DNA of 64,000 nt from an uncultured Phycisphaerales bacterium. GTDB lineage: Bacteria; Planctomycetota; B15-G4; CAYZWU01. The notes beneath the pieces are model-generated. The model worked only from the letters and a program-made list of their open reading frames with translations. It had not been told where the DNA came from and ran no database searches. Where the stretch lies: NCBI GenBank assembly GCA_964464495.1, contig CAYXGI010000002.1:10558-74557 (forward strand), given 5' to 3'. A program made the position numbers and the translations under genes. Below, in pieces: positions 9,213 through 19,569 of the stretch (position 1 is the first letter of the stretch; every line of letters starts with the position of its first letter).

Positions 9213-9755
9213 ATGGATCTCAAGATAGTCATCTGCGGAGTGGGCGGCCAAGGTGTGCTCTATTTCGCGAAAAACCTCTATGCCTTGGCGGTTGCGGCTG
9301 GAGCCAGCGTTTTGGGAAGTGAAACACATGGCATGAGCCAGCGCGGGGGCTCGGTCGTCTCTCACGTAAAGATCGGGGATTATTCCTCACCCATGGTTCA
9401 AGCTGGCACGGCCGATATTCTCTTTTCGCTCAGATTCGAGGAGACCTATCCTCATCTCACTTTTCTCAGAAAAGGAGGGACTCTGATCGTCAATTCGTCG
9501 AGCGACCAGGCGATGAAAAACGAGATGGTCGAAGCTCTCGCCAAAAGGGAGGTGAAAATCCACAGGTTCGACGCTTTCTCCCGAGCGACGAAACTCAACG
9601 CACCCGCCTCCGCAAATTTGATCCTTCTGAGCCACTCCGTGAATGAAGGACTGTTGCCTTTCACTATGGCTGATTTGAAAAACGCGGTCGAAACAGTGAC
9701 TGCACGGGCTCGGCTGGAGGCGAGTTTCAGAGCGATCGAGGCCGGGTTGGAGTGA
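9213..9755 (+). CDS. iorB: Indolepyruvate oxidoreductase beta subunit
   Basis: ICGVGGQG...SETHGMSQRGGSVVSHV signature; start set at ATG 9213. Confidence 0.88.
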   Translation: MDLKIVICGVGGQGVLYFAKNLYALAVAAGASVLGSETHGMSQRGGSVVSHVKIGDYSSPMVQAGTADILFSLRFEETYPHLTFLRKGGTLIVNSSSDQAMKNEMVEALAKREVKIHRFDAFSRATKLNAPASANLILLSHSVNEGLLPFTMADLKNAVETVTARARLEASFRAIEAGLE

Positions 9756-9818
9756 CGGGGAATCGAAAACTCAATATTTGCGGAAGTCGTTTTTTTACTC
9801 GTGGTGAGATAAAGAGTT

Positions 9819-10283
9819 ATGTGCACAAAGAAGAAACACCGAGGTCTTTTCTGGGATGACTTCGAACTGGGCCAGGAGTTTCACTCTCCTGGCAGAACGG
9901 TTACAGAGACTGACATTGTCCTCTTTGCGGGACTCTCAGGCGATTTCAATCCGCTGCACATGGATGAATCGTTCGCCCGGGAATCGTCTTTCGGCAAAAG
10001 GATGGCCCATGGAGCATTGATTCAGTCTTTGATGACTGGAATGATCGCCCAACTGGGCATATTCGAAGGGACAACCATAGCTCTGCGGCGTCTGGACTCC
10101 AAATTCAAGAGCGCAGTCTTTTTTGGTGACACTCTCTTCGCATCGATTACCGTCGTTCAGAAAAAAGGACTGAAAGGCGGTCAAGGACTCCTGTTTTTCA
10201 GCACGAGAGTAAAAAATCACAATGAGCGAATCGTCGCCGACGGTCAATGGACGCTGCTCCTCAAAACCCGCCCAGTTGATTAG
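9819..10283 (+). CDS. MaoC-family (hot-dog fold) dehydratase
   Basis: FWDDFELGQ..GRTVTETDIVLFAGLSGDFNPLHMD...RMAHG hydratase motif. Confidence 0.9.
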   Translation: MCTKKKHRGLFWDDFELGQEFHSPGRTVTETDIVLFAGLSGDFNPLHMDESFARESSFGKRMAHGALIQSLMTGMIAQLGIFEGTTIALRRLDSKFKSAVFFGDTLFASITVVQKKGLKGGQGLLFFSTRVKNHNERIVADGQWTLLLKTRPVD

Positions 10284-10535
10284 AATCTCTCCTCGATTCA
10301 CCAGCGGACTGTCCTGATTTCCCAACAACTCGTGGGGACTTGCGTATGGTAGGCTATTAGTCGGTGTAGATGACTTTCCCAGTCTCCCCGCGAATGGTAA
10401 CTCCATGCAGAATCATCACAGAATCGTTGTTTCAGAATTTTCCTCGAGCGAGGTTACTCCTTGTACAGAAGTTTTTTTTAGATTTTTGTTGAAATTATCA
10501 TCATAACTACATTATATTATAACAACTTCTAAATA

Positions 10536-10555
10536 TAGCAATTAATATATTGCTA
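10536..10555. promoter_or_regulatory. Perfect inverted repeat TAGCAAT-N6-ATTGCTA, candidate operator
   Basis: Read directly in the very AT-rich intergenic region, about 30 nt upstream of the ATG at 10588. Confidence 0.45.
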
Positions 10556-10587
10556 CTGATATATGTAACGAGTAGGAGTTCTTGAAT

Positions 10588-10782
10588 ATGGGAGACACTC
10601 TTCTTCAGTCCCTCAAGAAGGCGGCACGATCGGATATCGTATCGTTGACATTCAAGGATGGAAAAACCATCGAGGGAGCCATTCTCTTCAACGAAATCAA
10701 GAAATCTGGAAAGATCATCAATATCGTGGAAGAAATATCAGTTGACTTTGATATCGATGATGTTTCCCGCGTAAGATTGTAA
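10588..10782 (+). CDS. Small hypothetical protein, possible Sm/Hfq-like fold
   Basis: AGGAG RBS 9 nt upstream and a downstream terminator; DTLLQSLKK..IVSLTFKDGKTIEGAI resembles helix plus Sm1 motif. Confidence 0.7.
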   Translation: MGDTLLQSLKKAARSDIVSLTFKDGKTIEGAILFNEIKKSGKIINIVEEISVDFDIDDVSRVRL

Positions 10783-10807
10783 TTCGACACAATCATGCGG
10801 TTCAATC

Positions 10808-10842
10808 AAGCACCCGTTTTTCAGCGGGTGCTTTTCTTTCTT
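10808..10842 (+). terminator. Rho-independent terminator
   Basis: AAGCACCCG / CGGGTGCTT 9-bp stem followed by a T-rich tract. Confidence 0.75.
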
Positions 10843-11121
10843 ACGTTGGCCGGTTTCGTTTTTCGTTACCCTTTGGTAACCAGCGCAAGCCGATTGCAGA
10901 CCAATTACTTAGATTCCCCCAACTCTCCAGACGAAACTGGTATCAAGAAGGCAATTCTGTTTAAATCAAGCCTATTACGGCCTTAAAATTGGTTTGAATA
11001 TTTTTACAGAGAGGGCCGTAATTTGCGACGATCTCAAGCGATGTCGAATGAACTTACAAATCAACACATTCTCATTTGCGACAACCTCATGTAATTAGAA
11101 CTTAATTTAAGGAGCCCCATC

Positions 11122-13065
11122 ATGAAGAAAGTCGTTCTATTTCTCGCCTTAATCGGCATTCTGGGCTTTTTCCTCGACGATGTTGCCCTCGGTCACGGCG
11201 GCCAGTACCGTGGACCCGGTGATACAGTCCCACCTAACTTGGGCGGCCCGGGCGACTCGACTCCTCCCGGTAATTCAAGCGGCCCTACCACTCCGGGCCC
11301 TGCAGGTCCTTCAGCTGCTGGCCCTCGCGGACCAGCCACCCCCACTGGTCTCTCCGGCCCCACCGGCCCTCGTGGTGCGAGAACGGGGGGTATGAGCCGC
11401 AAACGCTACAGTGGTGGCATGGGTTATGAACGTTGGGAGTTCTGGTGGGAAAACAACAAAGATGCCTACCTCGACCTCAAAAACCGCCTCGGCGGAACGA
11501 GCAACGTTTCGGGATCTGGCGGCTTTCTCGTGGGCCGCGGTCGTAAAGACCAGGCTCGGACATCCAAGAGGCCCACTGTCGACATGATCAAATCGGAAGT
11601 TCTTCCTTCGCTGAAAATCGGCCTGCAGGCCGACCACCCCGATATTCTCGACTCGGCCGTTCTCGCGGTTGCGCGCATCACGCGAGCTGAGGATGCCTCT
11701 CTCGTTATCGACGACATCAGGGCTCTTCTCAATTCGAAGTACGAAACCGCACAGCAGTCAGCGTGTCTCTCTCTGGGCGTTCTCGGTTCAGCCGAGTCGT
11801 GCCAGACCTGTTACGATCTGATGATCGATAGTTCTGAAGGCCGCAAAATTGTTGGTGGAGGAAAGGTGCCCAGGCTGGTCAGGGCCTTTGCGGCTCTCTC
11901 TCTCGGCCTGATTGGCGCCGAGCAATCGGCTCCCAAATTGAGACTCGTCATCGAAAAGGAAGACGAGAAGACCCAAAAGGACCTCATCGGCTGCGCAATC
12001 ACCGCTCTGGGACTCATGACCGACATCGATGCGAAGGATGAGAACGTTCGTTTCCTTATCCGTCTGCTCGAAAACTCGAAAATGGATCCCTTCCTCAATG
12101 CGTACATACCGGTCGCTCTTGGCAAACTGGGCAACCCGGTTGCACTCAGCCCGATCGTGAAAGCGTTCAAGGAAGATAAGCAGAACGACTGGATCCGCCA
12201 GTCCTGCACCATCGCGATCGGCCAGCTGGCCACGATCGAAGACGAGGAGGTGATTAACCTTCTCCTGAAGTACGCCAAGGAAGGCAAGGATGTCCAGACA
12301 CGGCATTTCTGCTTCGTCGCTCTGGCCCAAATCGGGACGCGCGATGACGACTACGCAACCCATCAGGAGACTCACAAGAAAATCTCCAACTTCTTCCTCT
12401 CCGAGATTGCCCGCCCCAGCAAGACCCAGCACCTTTCCTGGGCCTCGATCTCCAGCGCGATTCACTCGCTCAAGCACAACGCTCTGCAAGCTCCGGTGAT
12501 CAGCAAGATCAGGGAGAAATTTTCCGAAACAAAAGTACCTTCCGAAAAAGGAGCCATCGCGGTCAGCCTCGGCCTGCTCAACGCTACGGGCCACGCCAAA
12601 ATGATTCACGACGCGCTGCTCGACACCAAGAACAAGGCTCTGCAGGGACATCTCTGCATCGGACTCGGTCTCATGAACTATGGAAAGGCGGCTGAGAAGC
12701 TCCGTGATTTTGCTGCAAACGAAATCGTCTTTCGCCTTCGTCTGCAGGCAGCCACCGCGCTTGGTCTGATGGGTGATACAGAAGCTGTCGACGTCCTCGT
12801 CAAGGCACTCGAGACCGGTCAGACCTTGAGCGTGACCTCTTCCGCTGCCAAAGCTCTCGGTCTCATCGGTGATTCGAGTGCGATCGCGCCTCTCAAGAAT
12901 ATCCTCGAGGACTCGAAAGCCAATAATCTGGCCCGTGCTTTCGCGGCAGTCGCTCTGGGTATCATTGGCGAGAAAACGAATCTGCCTTGGAATGCCTGCA
13001 TTTCCGAGAATTGCAACTACCGCGCCAAGGTCGACGCCATTTCCGAGGTGCTTGATATCCTCTAA
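11122..13065 (+). CDS. Secreted HEAT/ARM-repeat protein with Pro/Gly-rich N-terminus
   Basis: AAGGAG RBS; signal peptide ending VALG-HGGQYRGP; repeated A(L)ALGxxG HEAT units. Confidence 0.85.
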   Translation: MKKVVLFLALIGILGFFLDDVALGHGGQYRGPGDTVPPNLGGPGDSTPPGNSSGPTTPGPAGPSAAGPRGPATPTGLSGPTGPRGARTGGMSRKRYSGGMGYERWEFWWENNKDAYLDLKNRLGGTSNVSGSGGFLVGRGRKDQARTSKRPTVDMIKSEVLPSLKIGLQADHPDILDSAVLAVARITRAEDASLVIDDIRALLNSKYETAQQSACLSLGVLGSAESCQTCYDLMIDSSEGRKIVGGGKVPRLVRAFAALSLGLIGAEQSAPKLRLVIEKEDEKTQKDLIGCAITALGLMTDIDAKDENVRFLIRLLENSKMDPFLNAYIPVALGKLGNPVALSPIVKAFKEDKQNDWIRQSCTIAIGQLATIEDEEVINLLLKYAKEGKDVQTRHFCFVALAQIGTRDDDYATHQETHKKISNFFLSEIARPSKTQHLSWASISSAIHSLKHNALQAPVISKIREKFSETKVPSEKGAIAVSLGLLNATGHAKMIHDALLDTKNKALQGHLCIGLGLMNYGKAAEKLRDFAANEIVFRLRLQAATALGLMGDTEAVDVLVKALETGQTLSVTSSAAKALGLIGDSSAIAPLKNILEDSKANNLARAFAAVALGIIGEKTNLPWNACISENCNYRAKVDAISEVLDIL

Positions 13066-13088
13066 GCAATAAAATGTTGCGAATGCAT

Positions 13089-13124
13089 AAAAGAACCGGG
13101 CTTTGTGCCCGGTTCTTTTTTTTT
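13089..13124. terminator. Bidirectional rho-independent terminator
   Basis: AAAAGAACCGGGC-TTTGT-GCCCGGTTCTTTTTTTTT between convergent genes. Confidence 0.9.
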
Positions 13125-13125
13125 C

Positions 13126-13674
13126 TCATTTCCTCTGTTTCAAGTCGATCGCCAGGAATAGGAGAAGGAGCATCATCGCCCCGATAATCGCTCCCCAGTA
13201 AAAGCGATCGCAGCGCTCCCTCAGTCCTTTGAGCAGCCGGACTCTTTTGATCTGTTCTCCCAGCAGCGCCTGATTTTTTTGGAGAGAGGGATACCGAGGA
13301 TCGAGGAGAGCCGTTTCGCGGTAGAGATCACTGGCATCTCCGAGCCTGAACTCTCTAAACGCGACGTTGGCGAGCATGAAAAAAATGTAAGGTGTCGGCC
13401 CCTCGATATTGAGAACGCGCTCAAAATACTCTCGGGACTCGGAAATATCTTCTGATTTATACCTGATGAAACCCAGCGTTTTCAAAATACCGATGTCGTC
13501 TGGATCCTTTGTCAGGCACTCTTCCAGCGGCCCAATCGCCCGCCCGATTTCCCCTGCGTTGAACAATTCCAGAGCCTGGGAGCGTGTCTTGTCGAATTCA
13601 CTCTTATCGAATGATGACATCTGCGCCGCAAGTGGAAGGAACCAACCGATGAGAACAGCGCTCCAGAGAGCCAT
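13126..13674 (-). CDS. TPR-repeat protein with signal peptide and C-terminal TM helix
   Basis: TPR patterns (ALELFNAGEIGRAI, LGFIRYKSED..SREYFERVL); hydrophobic termini. Confidence 0.8.
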   Translation of the reverse strand: MALWSAVLIGWFLPLAAQMSSFDKSEFDKTRSQALELFNAGEIGRAIGPLEECLTKDPDDIGILKTLGFIRYKSEDISESREYFERVLNIEGPTPYIFFMLANVAFREFRLGDASDLYRETALLDPRYPSLQKNQALLGEQIKRVRLLKGLRERCDRFYWGAIIGAMMLLLLFLAIDLKQRK

Positions 13675-13675
13675 T

Positions 13676-15283
13676 TTATCGATTCTCCGAGATCGACTCG
13701 ACGAGGTGGTTCGAACGCGCCATCAGCACTCTGTCGCTCATCAGTTCGAGTGGAGCATGATCATCGGTCAGATTGAGTTTTGTCGCGTCAAACACCACCG
13801 GACGGGTCAAACCGAAAGCGGCGATCCTATCGAGAAGAGGACGCAGTGAAGCGGGAAGTCTTTGAGAGCCGATTTTCGAGGGACAGATGTGCCCTCTCCC
13901 CTTGACAGCGTAAAGCATGAAATTACGGCCATCGGGAATTCTGGCCAGGGAGACCGAGCCAAAAACCTTCGCTGCCGTGTTCCCGATCGCGGCGATCACC
14001 GGCTCGTCGCGGCTGAAACCGCTGAGGTTGATACCGAAAATCCCACCCTCCTTCAAGTGGTCGTGAAGGAGGCGAAAAAACTCCACCGTGGCCAGATGAA
14101 AGGGTATATAAATCTGCTGAGAATAGGCGTCGACCACAATGACATCATATTCGGTAGTAGAGCAATCGAGAAACACGCGGCCATCCACGTCACTGAAGAC
14201 CGTCATCCAGGGGTCGGCCAGAGCGAGATCCATAAGGTCATAGCCGGCCCGAACTACCTCTGGATCGATCTCCACACCGTCGATCTCCAGACCTCCGCCT
14301 GAACCGAAGAAATGAGCATACTGCCTCGCAATAGTTCCTGCGGCGAGGCCGATGATGCAGACCTCACCGGGATTTTCCATACCGGCAAGCCCTGGCAAGA
14401 GCGAATAGTAGTCATAGTACTGCCCATGGGTCAGGATCTCGTCTTTAACGTAAATGGAGTGAAAAGAGTCGAGTCCTTCATTGATGCAAAGATGAAGCGT
14501 TTCGCCGTTGTCTCTTTCGACGACCCGGATGTACTGGTAGCGGCTCTCAGTTTCCCACAGAACAGAACCGTCGTCGGCAAACCCCCTGTCCGGTGCCAAC
14601 GGTCCCAGACAGAGGCTTATCAGAACGACCGCCCCCCCCATGGTCTTTTCCTTGAAGCGGCCGAGCACGATGAAGCCGAGACCTGCAAGTGCGATGAGGA
14701 AAAGACCGGCGGCATAAAAGGTCCCTTTCGAACCGAAGAACTCGACAAACAGATAGGTGGTCAAGAAAGTTCCCGTAATCGAACCAATCGTCGAAGCCGC
14801 ATAGATCGAACCGCTCGCCCGGCCGACACCATCGTAAATTTCAGACGCCTGCCTTACGATGAAAGGCAAAGCCATGCCGAGAAGAAAAACAGGAGGGGCA
14901 AAAACGAGCAATGTCGTCGCGAACGATCCCCGTACGAGAAGGGAAAATGCTTCCTCCAGTTGCAGATTTCTCCCCAGGAAGAAGTGAGAAACCCAACCGA
15001 TCATTCCCGGAATCGCGAGGCAGAGTGCACCGGCGAGGACGAGGATGAAGAACAACGGCTTCAACGACTTTGTGGCATCGGCCAGACGTCCGCCAAGATA
15101 ATTGCCCGCAGCGATCGCAGCGAGGATCACACCGATCACATTGGTCCATACGAAAACGGACTGGCCGAAATAGGGAGTGAGAATCCTGGCTGCGGCGAGT
15201 TCAACCACCATCACAGCCGCACCAGCCGCGAAGGCGATGAGGATCAGGAAAATGAGCCGTTTATCGAACGACCGGGGCCTCAA
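13676..15283 (-). CDS. Fused membrane domain / spermidine synthase-like SAM-dependent transferase
   Basis: N-terminal TMs with MVVELAAARIL.PYFGQS..VW motif; IIGLAAGT, VEIDPEVV, DGRVFL and DVIVVDAY motifs; TTG start overlaps the upstream stop. Confidence 0.88.
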   Translation of the reverse strand: MRPRSFDKRLIFLILIAFAAGAAVMVVELAAARILTPYFGQSVFVWTNVIGVILAAIAAGNYLGGRLADATKSLKPLFFILVLAGALCLAIPGMIGWVSHFFLGRNLQLEEAFSLLVRGSFATTLLVFAPPVFLLGMALPFIVRQASEIYDGVGRASGSIYAASTIGSITGTFLTTYLFVEFFGSKGTFYAAGLFLIALAGLGFIVLGRFKEKTMGGAVVLISLCLGPLAPDRGFADDGSVLWETESRYQYIRVVERDNGETLHLCINEGLDSFHSIYVKDEILTHGQYYDYYSLLPGLAGMENPGEVCIIGLAAGTIARQYAHFFGSGGGLEIDGVEIDPEVVRAGYDLMDLALADPWMTVFSDVDGRVFLDCSTTEYDVIVVDAYSQQIYIPFHLATVEFFRLLHDHLKEGGIFGINLSGFSRDEPVIAAIGNTAAKVFGSVSLARIPDGRNFMLYAVKGRGHICPSKIGSQRLPASLRPLLDRIAAFGLTRPVVFDATKLNLTDDHAPLELMSDRVLMARSNHLVESISENR

Positions 15284-16710
15284 ATGTCCTCTTCTTCAAT
15301 TTCGATGTAGTTCGTGTAAATATCGTAATTGCCCGCCAGATTGGTGAACATCATGTCGAGCATTCTGTCCATGTTGCGCGCTTTGGTCCCCTCGAAGCGG
15401 GTCTTGCCGTTGAGATTGACGATGATGGGCCTGTCCATATCGACCACATTGTCGTTGAGGAAAATCCTGAGCTTCCCCACCCTGTTGGTTTTGATATCGA
15501 AGGTGTTGGACGCTTTGTCCACCTCGGCAACGACGCTGGGGACATCCTCGTCCCCCTCTTTCATGGAGTTCGTGTTGTTCATGACCAGAATCTGCAGCCA
15601 TCCGTTCGAACTGTATTCGAGACTGATCGTCTTGAGAGCGATCTTGGAAGGCGCAGCCGCCTTCGGAGTGCGATCGATGAGGTCCCTGATCGCCGCCAGC
15701 CCCTTGTCGTCCAAACTCGAGGAGTCTGTGCCCCCACCGTCGACAAAAGTCGCTTTCGGCCCGCCGTCGCTGCCGGTCATTGCCCCGGCCCAGTCGGACG
15801 CGGCCTTGGCCTGACTTGAATCATTGGCTTCAGTGCTGATGTAAACGAACTGGCTATCGCCCCCGTTTTCCGAAAACATCGGTGCCAGCGGCGAATCGAT
15901 CGCAACCGCTCCTGCAAAGAGGCTCGGGTACCAGGTGGCGTATTTGAACGCGGCCAGGCCGTCCTTGCCTTTGCCGAGAACAAAAACCCGTCCCCGATCG
16001 AAGACCATCTTCTCCGTGAAGACCCGCACGGCGACAAACGCCGACATGCGTCCCCATTGCAGTTTCTCCCAGTCGACGGCCGCATCGGTGACGTTTTTGT
16101 TCTTACGTCCCGACAAGGGGCCTACAGGCACGATGATGATCGCTTTTTCAAAGATCTCCTTGCAGACGGGATTCTTGCCGTTGAAGAAACTATCCAGCTC
16201 GGCTTTGATCTCTTTCAAGACCCTCGTCTTGACTTTGGATTTGACCTTGGTCTTGGAATGGAGGTAGATGAGAACAGGAAAACGCTCTTCGGCGTCAGGC
16301 TTGTACCCCTTGGGAATGGAGATCATGTAGCTGTACGCCTGTGCCCCACCCGATTCGTCGGTGAATTCGCTCTCCTGAAATCCCTCCTTGCCGGCCTTAG
16401 TCTTGATGACCTTGTCCGTCTTGTCGATCGCCCATTCCTTGAGCCTGTAGAACTGGTCGGAATACTTCAGTATATCTTTGATGCTCTTCTTATCTTTGAT
16501 TGTATCGAGTGCCTTGTTGAATTCACCGAGCCGTTTGGATTCCTCGGTGCGATCATCGATGATCTTGGCGTCGATTATCTTTTTGAGGATTTCGCCCAGT
16601 TTCTTGGCATCCCGTTCCTCAAAAGAAAAGTCATCTTCAGCGAAAGATGCAGGCGAGATGAAAAGCAATGTTCCGACGAGTGGGAGAAGGAAGAACGCAA
16701 GCGGTTTCAT
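15280..16710 (-). CDS. Secreted hypothetical protein with alpha/beta-hydrolase-like core
   Basis: Signal peptide; YMISIPKGYKP...FPVLIYLH and DRGRVFVLGKGKDG..YPSLFAGA patterns; nucleophile-elbow Ser is not conserved. Confidence 0.7.
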   Translation of the reverse strand: MKPLAFFLLPLVGTLLFISPASFAEDDFSFEERDAKKLGEILKKIIDAKIIDDRTEESKRLGEFNKALDTIKDKKSIKDILKYSDQFYRLKEWAIDKTDKVIKTKAGKEGFQESEFTDESGGAQAYSYMISIPKGYKPDAEERFPVLIYLHSKTKVKSKVKTRVLKEIKAELDSFFNGKNPVCKEIFEKAIIIVPVGPLSGRKNKNVTDAAVDWEKLQWGRMSAFVAVRVFTEKMVFDRGRVFVLGKGKDGLAAFKYATWYPSLFAGAVAIDSPLAPMFSENGGDSQFVYISTEANDSSQAKAASDWAGAMTGSDGGPKATFVDGGGTDSSSLDDKGLAAIRDLIDRTPKAAAPSKIALKTISLEYSSNGWLQILVMNNTNSMKEGDEDVPSVVAEVDKASNTFDIKTNRVGKLRIFLNDNVVDMDRPIIVNLNGKTRFEGTKARNMDRMLDMMFTNLAGNYDIYTNYIEIEEEDI

Positions 16711-16823
16711 ACCGAAAGTCCTTTATAAAAGAAAACCAGAATAAGCTTAAATCCCGGTCAGTACTATTCATTACAACGATGAAAAAGCAGTGTAACGGCC
16801 TGTGGTGAAGATGTCAATCGCCC

Positions 16824-18308
16824 CTATTGACCAGAGAAGCGGCGTCGGATCCGCTCGAGGAGAATCAACGATTTCTCACGGTGAGGATCCGCTTCCAGAA
16901 CATGCGTCAGATATAGGGCGGCTTTTTCCAGGTCATCGGCCACAAAAAAATAATAGGCTCCGAGATTCTCGCACGCATCGAGATTGCCATCGATGGAATA
17001 AGCTTGTTTGAGCAATTCGAGCGCTTTCCGGGTGCGTCCCGTACCCATCATGTGGAGCGCACGGTCATTGAGCACCTGGGAATCGCGTGGAGAGGTTTCG
17101 AGTATGAGTTCGTAGGCTCGATCAGCCTCCTCGATACGACCGCACTGGGCCAGGGCGAGGGCCCGGTTGGCAGCCAGAATCGAGTCGAATGGCAGGATAG
17201 GAAGCAAAGAGTCGTAGATCTCGATCGCTTCCTCGTAAAGTCCGGCGGCGGCCTTCGTGAAGGCCAGAACCCTCAATCGGTCGAGAGAAAGCTCGAAATA
17301 GCGCCCCTCCTTTTTCAGCTCCGTCCTGTAACTGACCACGGCATCGTCGAAGAGACGCTGTTTTTCGCGGAGCAGCCCTTCAAAATAGTGGGCCCCGTCG
17401 AAGGCGACATCGATCTCCAGAATCTCGGCGATGTGACGGCTCGACGAAGCAACGTCTTCGAGTCGGTATTCGACGACGGCGAGGTAAAAAACAATATCCC
17501 GCCTCTTGGGAGCGACCTCGAGCAGGCTTTGATAGAGCGAAGCAGCCTCGAGATAGCTCTCCCGCGGCTCGAAAACCGAATAAGCCAGCGGGGCGATCTC
17601 GATCCGCAGAGGATCCTTGGCCGCGAGCGCCACCAGCAGACCCGCTGCTTCCGGATAGTCTTCGAGAGCGATGAGCGCCCTGACCTCGCCATGCATGGCG
17701 TCGAGCAGATTCTCGTCTTTTCCGCGCGCATCGCGGAACAGGTCGAGTGCTGTTTCGGGATTCTCGCATCGGAGCTCGATCTCCGCCAGAATGTAGAGCG
17801 GATAGGCTTCGCCGGGATAGGTATTGACCAGAGACCGCGCTTCGCGGCGCGCCCCTGTGAAGTTTCTCAAAAGAAAGAGACTGAACGCCAAGTGGTTGCC
17901 GGCTTCGAGAGAAGAAGGCTGACGATCGAGCGCGATGCGGAACGCATCGGCCGCCTGATAGAGCAGGCTCTGCCGGAAGGTCCCCTCGAATCCGGTCAAT
18001 CCCCGAATCGCGCCCGCCTGTCCCAGATAGACCTTGCCGAGAAGAACCCACGCACCGCCAGACTGATCGAATTCTTCCGTCAGTCCGAGAGCAATGTCCA
18101 TGAGACCTGCGGCAGCGTCGGCGGCGATGAACCTGTCAAAAATCTCGTGAAGCCTTTCCCAGCTCTTCGCTTCGTCGGGCGACGCCCTGAGTTCTTCGAG
18201 GGCTACTTCGAGATCATTTGTCCCGGACGGTTCTTGCCCCCAGGCCCGGTCATGAGCACAAAGGGCGATTAAGAAAAAGATCAACAAGCAGGGACTAAAT
18301 GCCTTCAA
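16824..18308 (-). CDS. Secreted multi-TPR protein
   Basis: TTG at 18308 overlaps the purM stop and yields a signal peptide; many TPR units. The longer ORF-track start lies inside purM. Confidence 0.8.
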   Translation of the reverse strand: MKAFSPCLLIFFLIALCAHDRAWGQEPSGTNDLEVALEELRASPDEAKSWERLHEIFDRFIAADAAAGLMDIALGLTEEFDQSGGAWVLLGKVYLGQAGAIRGLTGFEGTFRQSLLYQAADAFRIALDRQPSSLEAGNHLAFSLFLLRNFTGARREARSLVNTYPGEAYPLYILAEIELRCENPETALDLFRDARGKDENLLDAMHGEVRALIALEDYPEAAGLLVALAAKDPLRIEIAPLAYSVFEPRESYLEAASLYQSLLEVAPKRRDIVFYLAVVEYRLEDVASSSRHIAEILEIDVAFDGAHYFEGLLREKQRLFDDAVVSYRTELKKEGRYFELSLDRLRVLAFTKAAAGLYEEAIEIYDSLLPILPFDSILAANRALALAQCGRIEEADRAYELILETSPRDSQVLNDRALHMMGTGRTRKALELLKQAYSIDGNLDACENLGAYYFFVADDLEKAALYLTHVLEADPHREKSLILLERIRRRFSGQ

Positions 18309-19344
18309 GCTGGACTCCCCCCTCGCCCCTCTCGACTTCACCGATAATGTACGGAGAGTAGCCAAGATCTCCGAGTGTCTTGAGGCACTCTTGCGCGGCC
18401 GATCGGTCGATGACAAATACGAAGCCGATACCCATATTGAAGGTTCTGAATGCTTCCTTCTTGTCGAGTTGGGCCAGCGCCACGACCAGCCGAAAGATTC
18501 CAGGAACATTCCACGATCCGATATCGATCCTCACGGAGAATCCCTCGGGGAGTGCGCGCGGTATGTTGTCTATGAAACCGCCTCCCGTGATATGAGCCAT
18601 CGCCTTCACACAGCCCATCTCCTTCATAGCGTTGACAGCGCTGAGGTAACTCATGTGAGGTTCGAGCAACTCGTCTCCGAGGGGACGTCCCAATTCGGGA
18701 GGCGCCGAGGAGAGGTCGTGCTTCTTCATCTCGAAGAAGACCTTTCTCACCAGCGAATAGCCGTTGGTATGCAATCCGGAAGACGCGAGACCGACGAGGA
18801 GATCGCCGTTCTTGACCGACGAACCGTCGATAATCTTATCGCGATCGACGATTCCCACGATAAAGCCGGCAAGGTCGTACTCTCCCTCGGCGTAAAAATC
18901 GGGCATCTCGGCGGTTTCTCCGCCGATGAGAGCGATCTTGTTCTGCGCGCAGGCATTGGCGAGACCGTCGATGATCGATTGAAAAACCTCGGTTTCGAGC
19001 TTTCCCACGGCCAGATAGTCGAGGAAAAAGAGGGGCTGGGCGCCCTGCACGATAATATCGTTGACGCAGTGGTTGACGATGTCCATGCCGACCGTGTTGT
19101 GGCGTCCGGTCATGAAGGCGATCTTGAGCTTCGTCCCCACCCCGTCGGCGCTGGCCACAAGAACCGGCGCTTGACCGCCCAGTCCGTCGATGCTGTAGAG
19201 AGTCCCGAAATTCTTGATGTGAGAGAGGACGCGGTCGTTGAATGTCGAGGAGAGCTTCTCCTTGACCGCACGCAGGGATCGGGTGGCCTTGTCAATGTCA
19301 ACTCCGGCATCTTCGTAGGTCACCTTTCGCTGTTCCTGTTCCAT
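18295..19344 (-). CDS. purM: Phosphoribosylformylglycinamidine cyclo-ligase
   Basis: TYEDAGVDI, SADGVGTKL, PLFFLDY, GGETAEMP, SSGLHTNGYSLVRK, FNMGIG. Confidence 0.97.
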   Translation of the reverse strand: MEQEQRKVTYEDAGVDIDKATRSLRAVKEKLSSTFNDRVLSHIKNFGTLYSIDGLGGQAPVLVASADGVGTKLKIAFMTGRHNTVGMDIVNHCVNDIIVQGAQPLFFLDYLAVGKLETEVFQSIIDGLANACAQNKIALIGGETAEMPDFYAEGEYDLAGFIVGIVDRDKIIDGSSVKNGDLLVGLASSGLHTNGYSLVRKVFFEMKKHDLSSAPPELGRPLGDELLEPHMSYLSAVNAMKEMGCVKAMAHITGGGFIDNIPRALPEGFSVRIDIGSWNVPGIFRLVVALAQLDKKEAFRTFNMGIGFVFVIDRSAAQECLKTLGDLGYSPYIIGEVERGEGGVQLEGI

Positions 19345-19569
19345 CTCAGTAAACCCTTACTTAGAGATAATTTCTGAAAGAAACTCTGTCGACTCTCGGC
19401 GTTCGGCCCCCATCGAAGACGGCCGCCCATTTCTGACCGCCCACCCAGAATAGTTTACGGATAGGCTTCAAAACAGGGCAATACAATTTATAATCCTCAC
19501 TTTAATGCGAGCGTTAAACCAAAAAAGTCGTTTACTCTTTTTTTTAACTCCCTCGATCATTAGGTATTG

